NCBI GenBank assembly: GCA_951804945.1 | Contig: OX638150.1 | Span: forward strand, 58,032,001-58,096,000 | Length of the DNA: 64,000 bases | Source of the DNA: Podarcis cretensis | Lineage: Eukaryota | Direction of reading: 5' to 3' | In this document: piece by piece, positions 1 through 13,013 of the stretch | Layout: the number at the start of each line of letters is the position of its first letter | Numbering within the stretch: position 1 is the first letter of the stretch | Notes under the pieces: model-generated | Told to the model about the DNA's origin: nothing | Seen by the model: only the letters and a program-made list of their open reading frames with translations | Databases searched by the model: none | Position numbers and translations under genes: made by a program

Positions 1-145
1 GGTGACTTTGAATGTTGCTCTCCTCCCAAATATTCCCAAATCTACTCCATATTTTTAAGGTCTGAAATGTGTAAAGTATGGCTTGATGAAGAATAAATAT
101 ATTGTTTTAACTGAATCAATCTGTCTAAATTCAACACTGTTATTA

Positions 146-389
146 CAGTGGTACCTTGGTTTTTGAACTTAATCCATTCTAGAAGTCCATCCGAATTCCA
201 AAATGTTTGAAAACTAAAAGCGGAAGCCTCAAAACGGAAACCTCAATATGAAAAACTCAAAATGGAAGCAGCATTTCCTGTTTGACTACTGAGGTGCGTT
301 TGAAAACCAAGGCATTTACTTTCGGGTTTTCGGCGTTCAGGTTCTGAAATGTTCAACGATGGAGACATTTGAAAACTGAGGTACCTCTG
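146..389. mobile_element. Tc1/mariner-type MITE
   Basis: Terminal inverted repeats CAGTGGTACCT...AGGTACCTCTG flanked by TA on both sides; the same TIR family recurs at 770, 9548 and 41571. Confidence 0.8.
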
Positions 390-659
390 TATTAGATATA
401 GAAACTATTGCAATACACACTAAGAAAGTACAACACTTATAAAAAAACACTTATAAAAAGTTGCTATCACACAGTTGGAGAAAACCAACAATTATTTGAT
501 GGTATTCATTGTGCCACCTTGTCTGTCACTGTACAATTTGGGATCCCTTACCACTGAAGCAAAACCTACATACCTCAAAGGCATTTTGGCAAATCCAGCT
601 TTTGCAGATACAAACTCCATCTTTTAGGGGAAAAAATCTGTGTAAGGTTCTATCAAGGC

Positions 660-1200
660 ATATATTTCAGATCATAAGAAGAGTGCCTCCACCCCATTGT
701 TCAGCCCGGACACTGAGGTCTTCCTCAGAGGGTCTTCTGCTGCTTCCCTCACAGCAAGAAGCGAAATTACAGTGGTGCCTCGCAAGATGAAAAGAATCCG
801 TTCCGCGATTCTCTTCGTCTAGCGGTTTTTTCGTCTTGCGAAGCAAGCCCATTGACGGCTTAGCGGATTAGCGCTATTAGCGGCTTAGCGGCTTTTAGCG
901 GCTTTTAGCGGCTTATCAGCTTAGCGGATCAGCTGATAAGCGGCTTAGCGGCTTAGAAAAAGGGGGGAAGGGGGGAAAAGGCGGAAAAACTCGCAAGACA
1001 TTTCGTCTTGCAAAGCAAGCCCATAGAGAAATTCGTTTTGCGAAGCGCCTCCAAAACGGAAAACCCTTTCGTCTAGCGGGTTTTTCGTCTTGCAAGGCAT
1101 TCGTCTTGTGGGGCGCCACTGTACAAGAAATCAGGCAGAGGGCCTTCTCAGTAGTGGTGCCCTCCCTGTAGAACACCTTCCCTTCAGATATCAAGGAGAT
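660..1200 (+). mobile_element. L2 LINE 3' fragment interrupted by a MITE
   Basis: Halves 660-769 and 1122-1200 align with the uninterrupted L2 copy at about 39030-39190 (RTLRSSSEGLL...RAFSVVVPSL); outer limits approximate. Confidence 0.7.
770..1121. mobile_element. Tc1/mariner-type MITE with internal (TTAGCGGC)n-like repeats
   Basis: TA-CAGTGGTGCCTCGCAAGA...TCTTGTGGGGCGCCACTG-TA; CpG-rich, so relatively young. Confidence 0.85.
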
Positions 1201-2177
1201 AATGGCCAGGTATAAAAGCACAATGTTTCTGAATAGGGTTCTGTTTGGAATATGGAAAGCACATAAACATTTTCTCTGTTATTGAATAGGATCAATGGGT
1301 TCGGGGTAGTATCTTCTTTCATTCTCAAGGGGTGCAAATACCAACTGCATTATGTGAATTAAAAGTTGTATAAAATAAGAATATTAGAAAGCCAACCAGA
1401 TGCCTATGGAAAGCCCACAAAGAGGACCTGAGCACAACAGCACTCTGGTATTCAGAAGCCTATAGCTTCTGACAGTGGAGGTAATGGAGTGACTGGCTTT
1501 GCTTAAATATCATTCTGAAGTAGCCTTCATTTATGTACAAGAGACACAGACACATGTTTCTTCAATTCTTGACACAGCTATTTGTTTTATAACCACTATT
1601 TGTGCCTAACCACTTCCTCCCACTTAGTACACAGGGTTGTAACAAAAATATTTTTATTATCCAAAAAGAACATATTAACATAAAATTCTGCATGTGTATT
1701 AGCACTGACATTCTCTCTCTCCCCGAGGCTGTTGGAAACCCAACTTGTGACATTTCGTTTTCCTTGGTGAAGGCTCACAAACTTGACTTATCAAAATAAG
1801 AACTGATTTAGAATGCCCAAGCTTCTTTCTGTCTTAACACATTTACCTTCAAAGTTTAACTTGGTGAGATAGATTCAGGTCTGTTGGTACATAACACCCA
1901 TATTGAGTCTGCCATCTCTAGGTTAACAATAGCTGAAGGGCAACGAAACTATTCCTGGTCTCAACATATAGTTATATTCTGGGTGGAGCTCACTCAGGGG
2001 GGGCACATGTTTGAAAGGTCTACCAGCCATGCTTAACTTTGCTGCACATTTTCTGATTCTAAATCTCTGCTGGGTTTCTCTCACTAAACAGTCCTTGCCC
2101 CAAACTTGGATCTTGGCATTAAGAGAATTCTGCTTCTATATATATAACAAAAAGGGGGGGACAAATAAACACATTGT

Positions 2178-2345
2178 NNNNNNNNNNNNNNNNNNNNNNN
2201 NNNNNNNNNNNNNNNNNNNNNNNNNNNNNNNNNNNNNNNNNNNNNNNNNNNNNNNNNNNNNNNNNNNNNNNNNNNNNNNNNNNNNNNNNNNNNNNNNNNN
2301 NNNNNNNNNNNNNNNNNNNNNNNNNNNNNNNNNNNNNNNNNNNNN
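2178..2345. other. Assembly gap (168 N)
   Basis: Run of N directly beside a SINE 3' end. Confidence 0.99.
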
Positions 2346-2566
2346 CGCTTTATCACTACCCGAAGGAGTCTCAAAGTGGCTAACATTCTCCTTTCCCTTC
2401 CTCCCTCACAACAAACACTCTGTGAGGTAAGTGGGGCTGAGAGACTTCAAAGAAGTGTGATTAGCCCAAGGTCACCCAGCAGCTGCATGTGGAGGAGCGG
2501 AGACGCGAACCTGGTTCCCCAGATTATGAATCTACCGCTCTTAACCACTACACCACACTGGCTCTC
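2346..2566 (-). mobile_element. tRNA-derived MIR/Ther1-like SINE (Squam3-like)
   Basis: Minus strand starts GAGAGCCAGTGTGGTGTAGTGGTTAAGAGC (A box), has a GGTTCG B-box-like motif and a CORE-like GTGACCTTGGGC; tail lost in the gap. Confidence 0.8.
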
Positions 2567-4208
2567 AGAGAAGGCAATGTTGCAGAGAAAACTGTCCATT
2601 ACCTCCTCTGTCCCACCCCCTCACTACCCAAACCCTAATTGAACACTAGAGTTTGGGACCCAGATTGGGTCAGGCCATGCACAGAGTGAACTGAAAATGA
2701 AACAAGGGCTGATCAAGATGGCCAACTCAGGCCCCAAAACAATCAGAGGTGCCTTGCACTTTATTTACCCAATCTACACAACTTTGTATTTAATTTTGCA
2801 TAGCAATTTTCTCCTTTTCATATGCTATTTCCCCTGTATTTTCATGCATAGTTTACCCTACTAGATACATACCATATATGCCATATTGCATGGCTAGAAA
2901 AATGCATCACAAAATTTGTAGAAGTGTGAATTCAAAAGGACGGCTGTCTTTATGTATTATTTTGGAAAATGTGAATTGTGTAAATGTGAACTGGGCCAAA
3001 TTTCCCCTCCACCTCTAATTAAAATCAACTTATATCTCCATAAAATTAGAAACAGGAGCTGAGGGTCTCAATGTGCTTGGACAAAATGATGGCAGGTGAA
3101 CAGCTACAAATCTGAACTGGACCAAAATATCAACATCTCAAAACGAGAGTGCTTTGGGAAATCATGTGAAACATGCAACATTCCAGTTTCTCATTAACAA
3201 AAAGTGAATTTCTGCAGGGGTAATTCTGGAATGACTGTTGAGAGCTGCAAGGTGGATGCTTAGGACTGACCATATGATTCAGTTCAATGCCACTCCATCA
3301 GTTCAGAAATTCATAATTTGTGAAAAAATAAATAGGCAGAGACCAAAGCCATAATATATATATGGGGCTCTCTTTTCATATAAATTATGCATCATTTGAC
3401 TTCTTATTTAATAATTAATATTGATGTTTCCTGAGCCCTTAACAGCCTGTACAACATGTTGATTTAGAGCTATTTGATTTTTAATTTAAAAGAAGAAAAG
3501 ACAATACTCTGGAACTAATTCAGAAAGCCTGTACGGGGGGGGGGGGGGGTCTTATTAGATTATCCCTGGCCCAGCAGTCAGGGACACAGAGACGTAAAAG
3601 GGCTTACATGACACATTTTTATAATGACTTATTGCTCGGTTATCTGAAAAAATAGTTCCGAGTTATAATTAGCCAGGCATTTCGCTGCTTTAAGAGGCAA
3701 AGATTCCTATCAGTAATACACCTGAACATTTGCATTTTAATGGGCCAAAGATGTATATCAGCAAAAGCACTGACTAATGCTCTCTTATCACTAGCAATAA
3801 TGCAAAAATATAGCTTAGGAAGGTAACCTATCTGCCGTGCACCCGGACTGATCAATAAAGGATAGACATCGGGCACAACAAGCCAGACCTAAATGTCATC
3901 ATATTGACATGTTTACAAATAACTCTACAATGCTTTCGGTGCAGGTTAAGGCCAAAACATATTGATGCAGTGAACGTGTAAAATAAAATAAAAAAGAGCA
4001 GTTAATTGCAGTAGATTATGGGCTCCAGATCCATTCTTCCTATGCTGTTGAGCAGGAGAAAGAAAGAAAATGTGTTCTGTAGAACTGTGCAGACTATATA
4101 CAAATTGATATACAAGGCAAAACATTTAAATCCTTTGATAGATTTGCTCAGACCAAATCTTGCACTGCTTCGTACTGCATATACAGCCAATAAATCAGCT
4201 GGCATTAC

Positions 4209-4290
4209 CTTTTTGTTTCTTGTTGGTACCATCATAATCTGTGTAAAACAAAGCCTCTGAGTACCGGAAATCATTTTTAAAGTACGTATG
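4209..4290 (-). CDS. Candidate internal coding exon of an unidentified gene (HTYFKNDFRYSEALFYTDYDGTNKKQK-)
   Basis: Minus strand: pyrimidine tract TCTCTTGCTTTTG, tandem CAG/TAG acceptor, 82-nt open frame (phase 0 to 1), donor AAG|GTAATG; retains CpGs and lies in a repeat-free block. Protein not recognised. Confidence 0.5.
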
Positions 4291-4688
4291 CTACTGCAAA
4301 AGCAAGAGATTGTTCCACATTTCCTAAGGAAAGTTCTTTCCATCATAACAGCGCAGAAGTGTTAGTGCGCTTTCAGGTACCATCCATGTGATAGATAAAA
4401 CATTATGCGGAATAAAAGGAGTAAAGAAAATCTGTGTATCTTATCTACTTGTTTAGTTCTCAGCTCCATTGTGTTAGAAGACATATAGCCAGGAGCTGCT
4501 GAATCAAAACAGGAGACCTGCAAAGTACACAGGCAGTAGAGGCCTCAATTCTTCATTCAGGAATGCAGATTATCTGGTCGTGGGATATGTCTCACCCCTA
4601 ATTTGACCCAGGCTACTTGACTCAATCAGTCTATCCTAGCTGCAAGTACAGATACTGAAGAAATGAGCCTATGTTGCCAATTCTCATA

Positions 4689-5047
4689 GTAAAGGTAAAG
4701 GTAAAGGGACCCCTGACCATTAGGTCCACTCATGACCGACTCTGGGGTTGCGGCGCTCATCTCGCTTTATTGGCCGAGGGAGCCGGCTACAGCTTCCGGG
4801 TCATAGGGCCAGCATGACTAAGCCACTTCTGGTGAAACCAGAGCAGTGCACGGAAACGCCGTTTACCTTCCCGCCGGAGCGATACCTATTTATCTACTTG
4901 CACTTTGACGTGCTTTTGAACTGCTAAGTTGGCAGAAGCAGGGACCGAGCAACAGGAGCTCACCCCGTCGTGGGGATTCGAACCGCCGACCTTCCAATCG
5001 GCAAGCCCTAGGCTCAGTGGTTTAGACCACAGCGCCACCCACGTCCC
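4689..5047 (-). mobile_element. Sauria SINE, full length
   Basis: GGGACGTGGGTGGCGCTGTGG head and (ACCTTT)n tail on the minus strand; TSD AATTCTCATA at 4679-4688 and 5048-5057. Confidence 0.95.
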
Positions 5048-5206
5048 AATTCTCATAATAGACCAGTATAAAGTAAGCAGCACATAAGTGGCACACAAAA
5101 CACTACCAAACCATTCTACATTCTAAAATTTATATTAATAATCCAAAAATTGAGAGAGCAATGTACAAGATCTACTACAGAAGCCACAAACAGAAAACTC
5201 ATTCAA

Positions 5207-5441
5207 ATTGTGTCCTTTTTTTGATGTGAGATCATGGTGGCCATTTTGGGTACCGCGCTCTTGTGCCGTGATCTCACCCCCCAAAAAATGCACTTTGGGG
5301 GTACTGCAATCTCATGCGGCACCCAAAAATGTGAGATTGCACCCCCCCAAACTTTTTTCAGGGTGCGATCTTTTTGCAGGTCACATGACTTGCCTGGGAG
5401 CGCATCCTGGTTTTTTTATCTGAAAAAGTTGGATGGTATGC
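5207..5441 (-). mobile_element. Non-autonomous DNA element, partial copy of the family at 12804-13013
   Basis: Ends TGAAAAAGTTGGATGGTATGC, the reverse complement of GCATACCATCCAACTTTTTCA at 12804; internal segments also match. Confidence 0.7.
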
Positions 5442-5452
5442 CTGAAGACCTA

Positions 5453-5858
5453 CCGTATTTTTCGCACCATAGGGCGCACCAGACCATAGGGTGCCCCCAG
5501 TTGTTAGGGGGGGGGGAATCAAGAAAAAAAATATTCCCCCCAGCCCCAAAGAGCAACGTGCAGGCTGCACACAACCTCTCCCTGCCGGAGGGGTTGCGCG
5601 CAGCTATGGAAGAAGGCAAGGCAGCGAGCGGGATGGATCCCGCTCGCTGTTTTGGCTTCCCCTTTAGCCCCGTGCAGCCTCTCCTTGCCGGGAGACGCTG
5701 CGCAGGGCTAAAGAAGCCATAGCCCTGTGCAGCCTCTCCCTGCCGGAGGGGTTGCGCGCAGCTATGGCACAAGCCTGCATTCGCTCCATAGGACGCACAC
5801 ACATTTCCCCTCAATTTTTGGAGGGGAAAAACTGCGTCCAATAGAGCGAAAAATACGG
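5453..5858. mobile_element. Tc1/pogo(Tigger)-like MITE
   Basis: TA-CCGTATTTTTCGC...GCGAAAAATACGG-TA; internal direct repeat CCTCTCCCTGCCGGAGGGGTTGCGCGCAGCTATGG twice. Confidence 0.85.
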
Positions 5859-7563
5859 TAATCATGGTATCACTGATGGGCAAGACCCTTAGGTCAGTAG
5901 CATAAGAAAGGGCCTTTTTTGCTTGGTTCCCCATTTATGGAACTTCCACTTGAGATTAGATTGGCACCCCCAATTGATGGTATTTTAGGTGCCACCTGAA
6001 ATTATTCTTATTTCATCTGCTGAAATTGTTTGTTGCTGTTGTGTTAAAGTTGGGGTGAATGTGTCATAATGTGAATTGATATATCTGTATGATTTTATGT
6101 TTCAGTTACTTTGGGCTCTAGTTAGGAAGTCAGGTATAAGAACAGTTATTCAACAATGAGAATGATAAATAAAATCCCAACCCTTGTTTTTTCACCATTT
6201 AATCAGGATCAGTTTGGACAAGGGGCGGGAGGAGGACCTTTATCAAAAACCTGTTTGCAATATCTCAAAGACTCATATTCAATATTAACTGCCCATTAAA
6301 CCCTGTCAATCAACATTAGTTTGCCGTAGCACAACTTAAGCGTGTCTAAATCTAAACATTTCTCTTTAACTGGCTTTAGGATCAGGTTATTAGGATATAA
6401 CTTTTTTATTTAAAAAATGATGCAGACATAAATTTAGCATACATGTCCTTCAGATCCCTTTCTGCCATGTGATTTATAGACAAATAAAAATTGTCCGCTC
6501 TTTCACAAAACTAAAGTCTTCATCTTTCATAGGCTATACAAGTGCTCAGGGACAGTAATCGCAAGTACAGTGATTGAGTTACCTGCAGCTATTTCATAGC
6601 CACATTATTTGATGATGATAAACTGGTCTTCCTGGAAGACACTGGGTGGTAACTATTGTACGACTGGCATTTACATATTTCGAAAACCATAGGTTCACAT
6701 TAAAAAGTGACGTCTTCATTAGATTATTGCAGAGTGTGTATGGGGCTGCTTTTCAAGACTTGCTTTGAATGAAAATCTCAGTTAATGCAAAACATGGAAG
6801 CTAGTTTACTGACTTGTATCAGATGGAGGGAAAACATCTCACTGGTGTAGGAGGGCATATCACTGCCCTCTTTATGTTTCCAGGCAGGCAGGGTCAACAT
6901 TCTGAGTATGGTTTTTTTAAAAAGCTTGAGACCACTTGAGTTTCTGAAGGACCATCTGCTCCTACGCAAATCTGCTCAAGCACTCACATCTTTCTGAGGG
7001 GTTTCTACCTTTATGATTTTATCTGCTGAGAATGTTTATAGTTGGTGTGGCTAGCCTGTAGCCTGGAAAGCTTTCTGTACAGCCAAGACACCTGACTCAA
7101 CAGGCTTGTGTAGCTGGATCTGTCTCATGAAGGACAGAGCGCTCAGACCTGCTCCTAGACAGGGAAGAAAATGGAAAGACTGGGAGCTGGGAGGAGGGAG
7201 GAAGAGCACTAGAACAGAGGGGAGAACAAATCTAATTCTCAAGGAGAGGAGGAAAAAGAAAATTGCTAGCTGGGAAGCAGCAGTCTAAAGCATCCTTCCA
7301 ACACTATCTGTGGATCTTGGGTGAGAGAAGTGGACAGGAAAGGGCATGGGGAGAAGCAAGGAGGGGAGCGCTGATTGTGCATTGGGCAGGCAAGAAGACT
7401 GCTTAGCAAGCCTGTTTTAACTGTCTGCCTTCCTAAAATGAAGTCTCAGCTCTCTCTCTTTCTCCTCCTCCCAGTGTTTCCACACAATTTAATTGACTCA
7501 GATTTAGATATTAGGGGGGAGGGGGGAGAGAAATTGGAGACTGAAACGCTCTTTAACCCTGTG

Positions 7564-7565
7564 GA

Positions 7566-7632
<67 letters not shown>
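7564..7632. repeat. (GAAA)n microsatellite
   Basis: About 17 perfect units. Confidence 0.98.
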
Positions 7633-7633
<1 letters not shown>

Positions 7634-9547
7634 GACCCAGAACTGCTCTTCAGATCTTTGTCTGAAGTTGGTTTTTAACTGAATGCATTTCAAACACAGA
7701 GAGACACCACTTCCTTATAATGGGAACTCTCACTTATCAGGGTTTCAAGTGGAGGACAGAATTTCTAAGTGATGCCAACCAAACATGCTTAAAACCCCTC
7801 TTTAGATCTTGTAAATAATAATAATAATCCAAGGCAATAAATTCCTTTTTATTCATGTTTGAAAAATAATTTGGGTTAATCATCTGATTAATAAAATATT
7901 CTGATTTTGGCTTTAGCTACAGTCAGACTTTGGACAAACCCACTTCCACTCTTTAGCTAAGTCCATCTTAACATGCAGCCCCCAGAGGGTTTGCAATGGG
8001 GTGGCCTTTGAACAGAAAAAGGCTGTCTACCCCTGTTTTATAGGCTGTGCTGCTTGCTGTACTGCAGTGTTTATTATGCTTTGACTGTGGTTGCTTTTAA
8101 ATTTTGCTCCAGTTGTCAGACTTTCATTAGATAAAATAATAATTATTAAATGGGTGATTATTGAATGCATGAAATGCATAATTTTTTTCACAAATACATT
8201 CGAAATAAATATAGATATTTGAATCTGTTTTTCCATTTATTTTATATACATGCTTCTTTGAGAATTTTTCTTAAACTGGAAAAAATGCATACCCATCAAC
8301 TGGCCTGGAAAACCAGGGACATCCCATTTCCCCCCACAAGAACACGGTTTTGGGTGCCTTGTTCTCTCGCGATTTTGGACTGAGATCTCGCCCCGAAAAA
8401 AACGCTTGTGTGTGCCACATGACTCATGTGGCATTTCAGAGCCAGAAGATGGTGTCTCGGATTTGGGCCATGTTGTGTTGGATGGTATGAGAGTGGGGTA
8501 TAAATCCTTAAACACAAAAAATTTAAAAATACTTTCATTTTGATGAAAATCTATCATGATACCTATGTCATAACAGAGGACAGCCGTGTCATCTAATGTG
8601 AGCTTACCTAATATGTCTTAAAGGGAGTTGTTCATTCCTGGCCTGCCATAAGATTAAATAGTTTTACAGTGATGGAAGGAAGGGACAAAAATAAAGTGGT
8701 GTAATAATGGGCACTACAGGATTTCTGCCTCATCAGGAGACTTAATTCTGGCATGATATATTCTCCTGAAAAAGAATTAGTGAAAATGACACTTTTACTC
8801 CTCTAAGCATCAAAAGGAATATTTCATTTAGGATCATTAGACTGCGTTCAGTAGTAAAACTGTCACCGTATGAATAAGAGGAAACTTGAGAAAAGAAGCG
8901 TTTCCATTCTTCCTTGATTTTCAAAAATGCTCCTCTAGTTTTACAGGAGCTAGTTTCAGCATAGGAAAAGCATAGCAATTGCCCCCTTCCCTGTGCCTTG
9001 AGCAGATTTCTTCCCTCCTGCTCAACCACGCCCCTTCCTTTTTCTCCTGTAGGCAGGGAAATCACCAAAGGGGGTCATGTGCACAGCCTCCTTTTTCATG
9101 TGCAGGACCTGATCCAGAAAGGGATTTCTGCAACAGCAGGCAGAATTTAGAATCGCTCCCTTGATATGCTGAGTAGAGAGGTATAGGATTGGCAAGATAA
9201 GTCCTCACTGAAAAATGAAAATAACTGGGCCAACTGCAGTGCTGAACCCTATTCTCTCATTTTATTACAAGTGGGGGAGGGGGGAATCCTCTGTTTGCAC
9301 GTACTGAACCTGGCAATCAGGAGAACAAAAAAGGCAGAGGAAAGCACTCTGTTCCCGTAACTGAGCTACACTCAATGTGTATTCACACTGAAACTGTCTT
9401 AGGTTGTAATGCTATACTAACATAGATAGGGGTAAGCCCAAGTTTCAATTTCAGTGAGGCTTACCAAATAAATATGTATAGAAGTGCACTGCCAGTGAAA
9501 CTAGGCAGTGCACACAACATACATTTAAAATCCCAAGAACAGAACTA

Positions 9548-9773
9548 CAGTGGTACCTCGGGTTAAGTACTTAATTCATTCCGGAGGTCCATTCTTAACC
9601 TGTAACTGTTCCTAACCTGAAGCACCACTTTAGTTAATGGGGCCTCCCACTGCCGCTGTGCCGCTGGAGCACAATTTCTGTTCTCATCCTGAAGCAAAGT
9701 TCTTAACCTGAGGTACTATTTCTGGGTTAGCGGAGTCTGTAACCTGAAGCGTATGTAACCTGAGGTACCACAG
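9548..9773. mobile_element. Tc1/mariner-type MITE
   Basis: TA-CAGTGGTACCTCGGGTT...AACCTGAGGTACCACAG-TA. Confidence 0.85.
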
Positions 9774-10114
9774 TACTATAGTGTCCATAGCTGCAGCAAT
9801 CTACAACAAGTCCAGCACTTAGCTTTGAAATGCTCTCAGTTTCCACTTGACTTTCTTCTTGACGGTGAACATGACTGTTAACACCTTCAAGTACATTTAC
9901 TTAGCCACTTCAAGTAGGAGGAAAGTCAATATCTCCTCCTCCCCTTTTCCCCTTCAAAAAAGATAATTTTAAGAGAAAGAAGGGGAAAGGTTCTCTGACA
10001 CCCGTCCCCCCAATTTCTGTGCTGGAGTAGGATGAGTGTCAGGTTTAAAAGAGAGAGAGATTTGACATAGGCAACAGAAGCAATGTCTATGAGCATCTCC
10101 ATGAATTGCCAGAT

Positions 10115-10325
10115 TGGAAAACCAATTCGTGTCTTGGATTTGGGAGATCAGGAGTCCAAGCCACCCCTCAACCATGAAGCTCACTGGATGACCTTGGGCC
10201 AGTCACCATCTCTCAGGCTAACCTACTTTAAAGGGTTATTGTGAGGATAAAATGAGGTGGTGGAGAACTGTATATGCCATCTTGAGCCCATTGCAGGATA
10301 TAAATGTAAATCAATCAATCAATAT
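10115..10325 (+). mobile_element. Old MIR/CORE-like SINE
   Basis: GATGACCTTGGGCCAGTCAC core, GTGAGGATAAAATG segment and (AATC)n tail. Confidence 0.7.
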
Positions 10326-10521
10326 TAAGTTAGAAATAACAGATTTTAGGAACTAAAAAGGAAGATCTCTCCATTATGCCACACTTGTGAGTTTTCCAGA
10401 GGCACCGAGTGACTGCTGGATCAAATGGTCCTTTGAAATGATCCAGCAATGTAATTCTTAATGTTCTTAGTGGCTTTTCAAATATTTGCAAACCCAGCTT
10501 CAGAAGCAAAATGTTACCAGA

Positions 10522-11024
10522 TGTCAGGGAATGGTTTGGATCAGAGGATTGGAGAATGCATTCTCAGGCATTCTCAGCGCCTCTCAGAAGAGGAAGAGGA
10601 GGGGGAAGATTTGTCCCCCTTGTTTCCCGCATTTTCAGAAGCAGAGAGAGACACAGACACTGAGCAGTTTCCACAGGAGTTGCCTAGTTACGAGATCAGG
10701 GAAGGAGAGAGAGAAGGGAGGGAGCAGCTAGCAGAGATGTCATTAGAGAGCGTGGGGGAGCCCTCCCTCTCCAATAACTAGGAGGTTCGTCCGTGTTTGA
10801 GAACAGAGAATGCAGAGAGGAGGAGGAACTTTCCGTTGGCACCCAGTAGGTTGCTGGAAGAGGAAGAGGAATGATTCAGAGCAGCCAACTGCTCTCCTTG
10901 TGGAGAGATGTGGGTTTTTGCTTGCAACCAGATAACTGATTAAAAAGAACTATAAAATATAAACTGCTCGTTATTCTCTTCTACGAAGTGACTGGGGGGA
11001 GGAGAGGATTCTCCACACCTGACA
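10522..11024 (+). mobile_element. Probable solo LTR (Gypsy-like)
   Basis: 7-bp inverted termini TGTCAGG...CCTGACA, about 500 bp, purine-rich interior and an ATTAAA-type signal near 10949; no matching TSD. Confidence 0.55.
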
Positions 11025-12421
11025 GCACTCTTGCTCAGGAAGCATGTTTCTATTCTCTTTGGAAAACTACCATTCCACATTACAGGAATCAGCTGTAACA
11101 CAAAATTGACCTCCAGTGCTAGGGAGACCTTGACCCTCTGTAGAGTTGGCTATGTTTTGTCAAAGGAAGCTCTGCCGTAAGTATGGTGCTGTTGATTCAG
11201 AAACTCACACATTTACCAATATACACAAGAGTGCCTTAGGAACATGAGTTTAGGCAGGAGTGTACTCGGGAGGGAGCGCAGAGATTAGATCAGAGCCATT
11301 CCAGAAAATGAGCTTTTATTAAGAAAGTAAAACAAAAGACAGTTTTAATTAGATAAGTCTTAGCTAGAAGGAACAGGCTTTCACAGGCTGGCAGCTTTAC
11401 TTTGCAAAGATTGCTGGAGTGGAGGGTGGAGTGGGGAATAAAGACCAACACCCAGAACCCAAGAGTTGAGGAGTCAATCTGACCAGGTTTATCCCACCAA
11501 GAATTTATGCCACTAATGGGATCTCACAGAGACTCAAAAGAGAGCTAGGTTGAGTTCACCCTGCCTGCTGAAGTCACACAGTTTTCAGGACCTACTAGCA
11601 ATTATGGTCTTAGAAACCAAACCATACAGAAGACTAGGGTGGAAGGATGATTTCCAGGTGCCCAAGGGGAGGACTTTGACCACTTTTCTTCAGGTGGATG
11701 TGTTGCAATGCTCCTTGAGAAGTTGCTCAGAAACACAGGGCTCTCAATAACCAATTAACAATTGGTGCATGATGGAATCCACCTGTATCTAGCAGAGAGC
11801 CGGGGGGGGGTGTACACACACACACACAGCTTGCCTCTAGCATTCCCACACAGGCCAACTACTTTACCACTTTGCCTTTATTTAATGAGTCGACAGAGGA
11901 GATTAAGCTTAAGGGAGTCCAAGAGTTCCCAAGCATATGCATAGAATTTTGGAATACTGGTTGTTGTTTTTCAGTACACGGTGCCATTGGGAACTGCAGA
12001 TAAAGTCTATCCTAACTTACCAGCTGAACTTTCCAGACAAAATGAAGCCTTTTTTATAGCATGGAGACTATCAAAATGAAGATGAGCCACCAATCTCTGG
12101 CATCAAAAAAAGTCAAGGTTTTGGGGGATGCTCAGTAGTAGAGCACATGTGTTGCAGGCAAAATGTTTAATCTCTATTATCTCCAGGCAGGGCTTGGAAT
12201 GTACCTTCTCTGCAAGCTTGGAGAACCACTGCTGGTCATTGTTGATCATACTAGAGGAGCCAATGGTCTGCCTCAATACAAGGCAGCTTCTTATATTATT
12301 AAGTGTTCTGTATTCCTGAATGAGAGTAAAGTGCATTGTGCGGTAGCCATGTAGCAACAAGGTTATCACAGGTAAACTTACAGGTGCCACTCGCTTGAAA
12401 AAGTCATGCCATCTATAGCAT

Positions 12422-12803
12422 GTTTTGTTGTTTAGTCGTTTAGTCGTGTCTGACCAGAGCACGCCAGGCACTTCTGTCTTCCATTGCCTCCCACAGTTTG
12501 GTCAAACTCATGCTGGTAGCTTCGATAACACTGTCCAACCATCTCGTCCTCTGTCGTCCCCTTCTCCTTGTGCCCTCCATCTTTCCCAACATCAGAGTCT
12601 TTTCCAGGGAGTCTTCTCTTCTCATGAGGTGGCCAAAGTACTGGAGCCTCAGCTTCACGATCTGTCCATCTAGTAAGCACTCAGGGCTGATTTCCTTCAG
12701 AATGGATAGGTTTGATCTTCTTGCAGTCCATGGGACTCTCAAGAGTCTCCTCCAGCACCATAATTCAAAAGCATCAATTCTTCAGCGATCAGCCTTCTTT
12801 ATG
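12422..12803 (-). mobile_element. BovB (RTE-clade) LINE, 5'-truncated
   Basis: Minus-strand peptide RVPWTARRSNLSILKEISPEC...YFGHLMRREDSLEKTLMLGK; (CAA)-type tail; short deletion near the 3' end relative to the other two copies. Confidence 0.95.
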
Positions 12804-13013
12804 GCATACCATCCAACTTTTTCAGACACAAAACCAGGACGCACATCTTCCAGGACATGCTCCTGGGCGAATCATGTGACCTCACTCTCGGCTTGAAAAG
12901 GTCTTTGGGGGGGGAGAGCACAGGATGTGAGATTGTGGCACCCAAAATGGCTGCTGGCATCTCATGCAAAAAAGGGGGGGATGTCCCTTTTTCTGGGCAC
13001 GTGGAAGGTATGC
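12804..13013. mobile_element. MITE with GCATACC...GGTATGC termini
   Basis: Inverted termini GCATACCATCCA / TGGAAGGTATGC; second copy at 5207-5441. Confidence 0.75.

Noticed and set aside
2011-2430. ORFs spanning 2178-2345
   Set aside because: Artefacts of the N gap.
5234-5934. 162-aa and 172-aa overlapping ORFs
   Set aside because: They run across two adjacent GC-rich MITEs and have no transposase motifs.
10461-10781. Glu-rich 106-aa ORF
   Set aside because: Arises from purine-rich LTR-like sequence.
11190-11950. Possible further LTR (also about 7040-7330 and 31600-31900)
   Set aside because: LTR-like composition, but I could not find matching termini plus a TSD.
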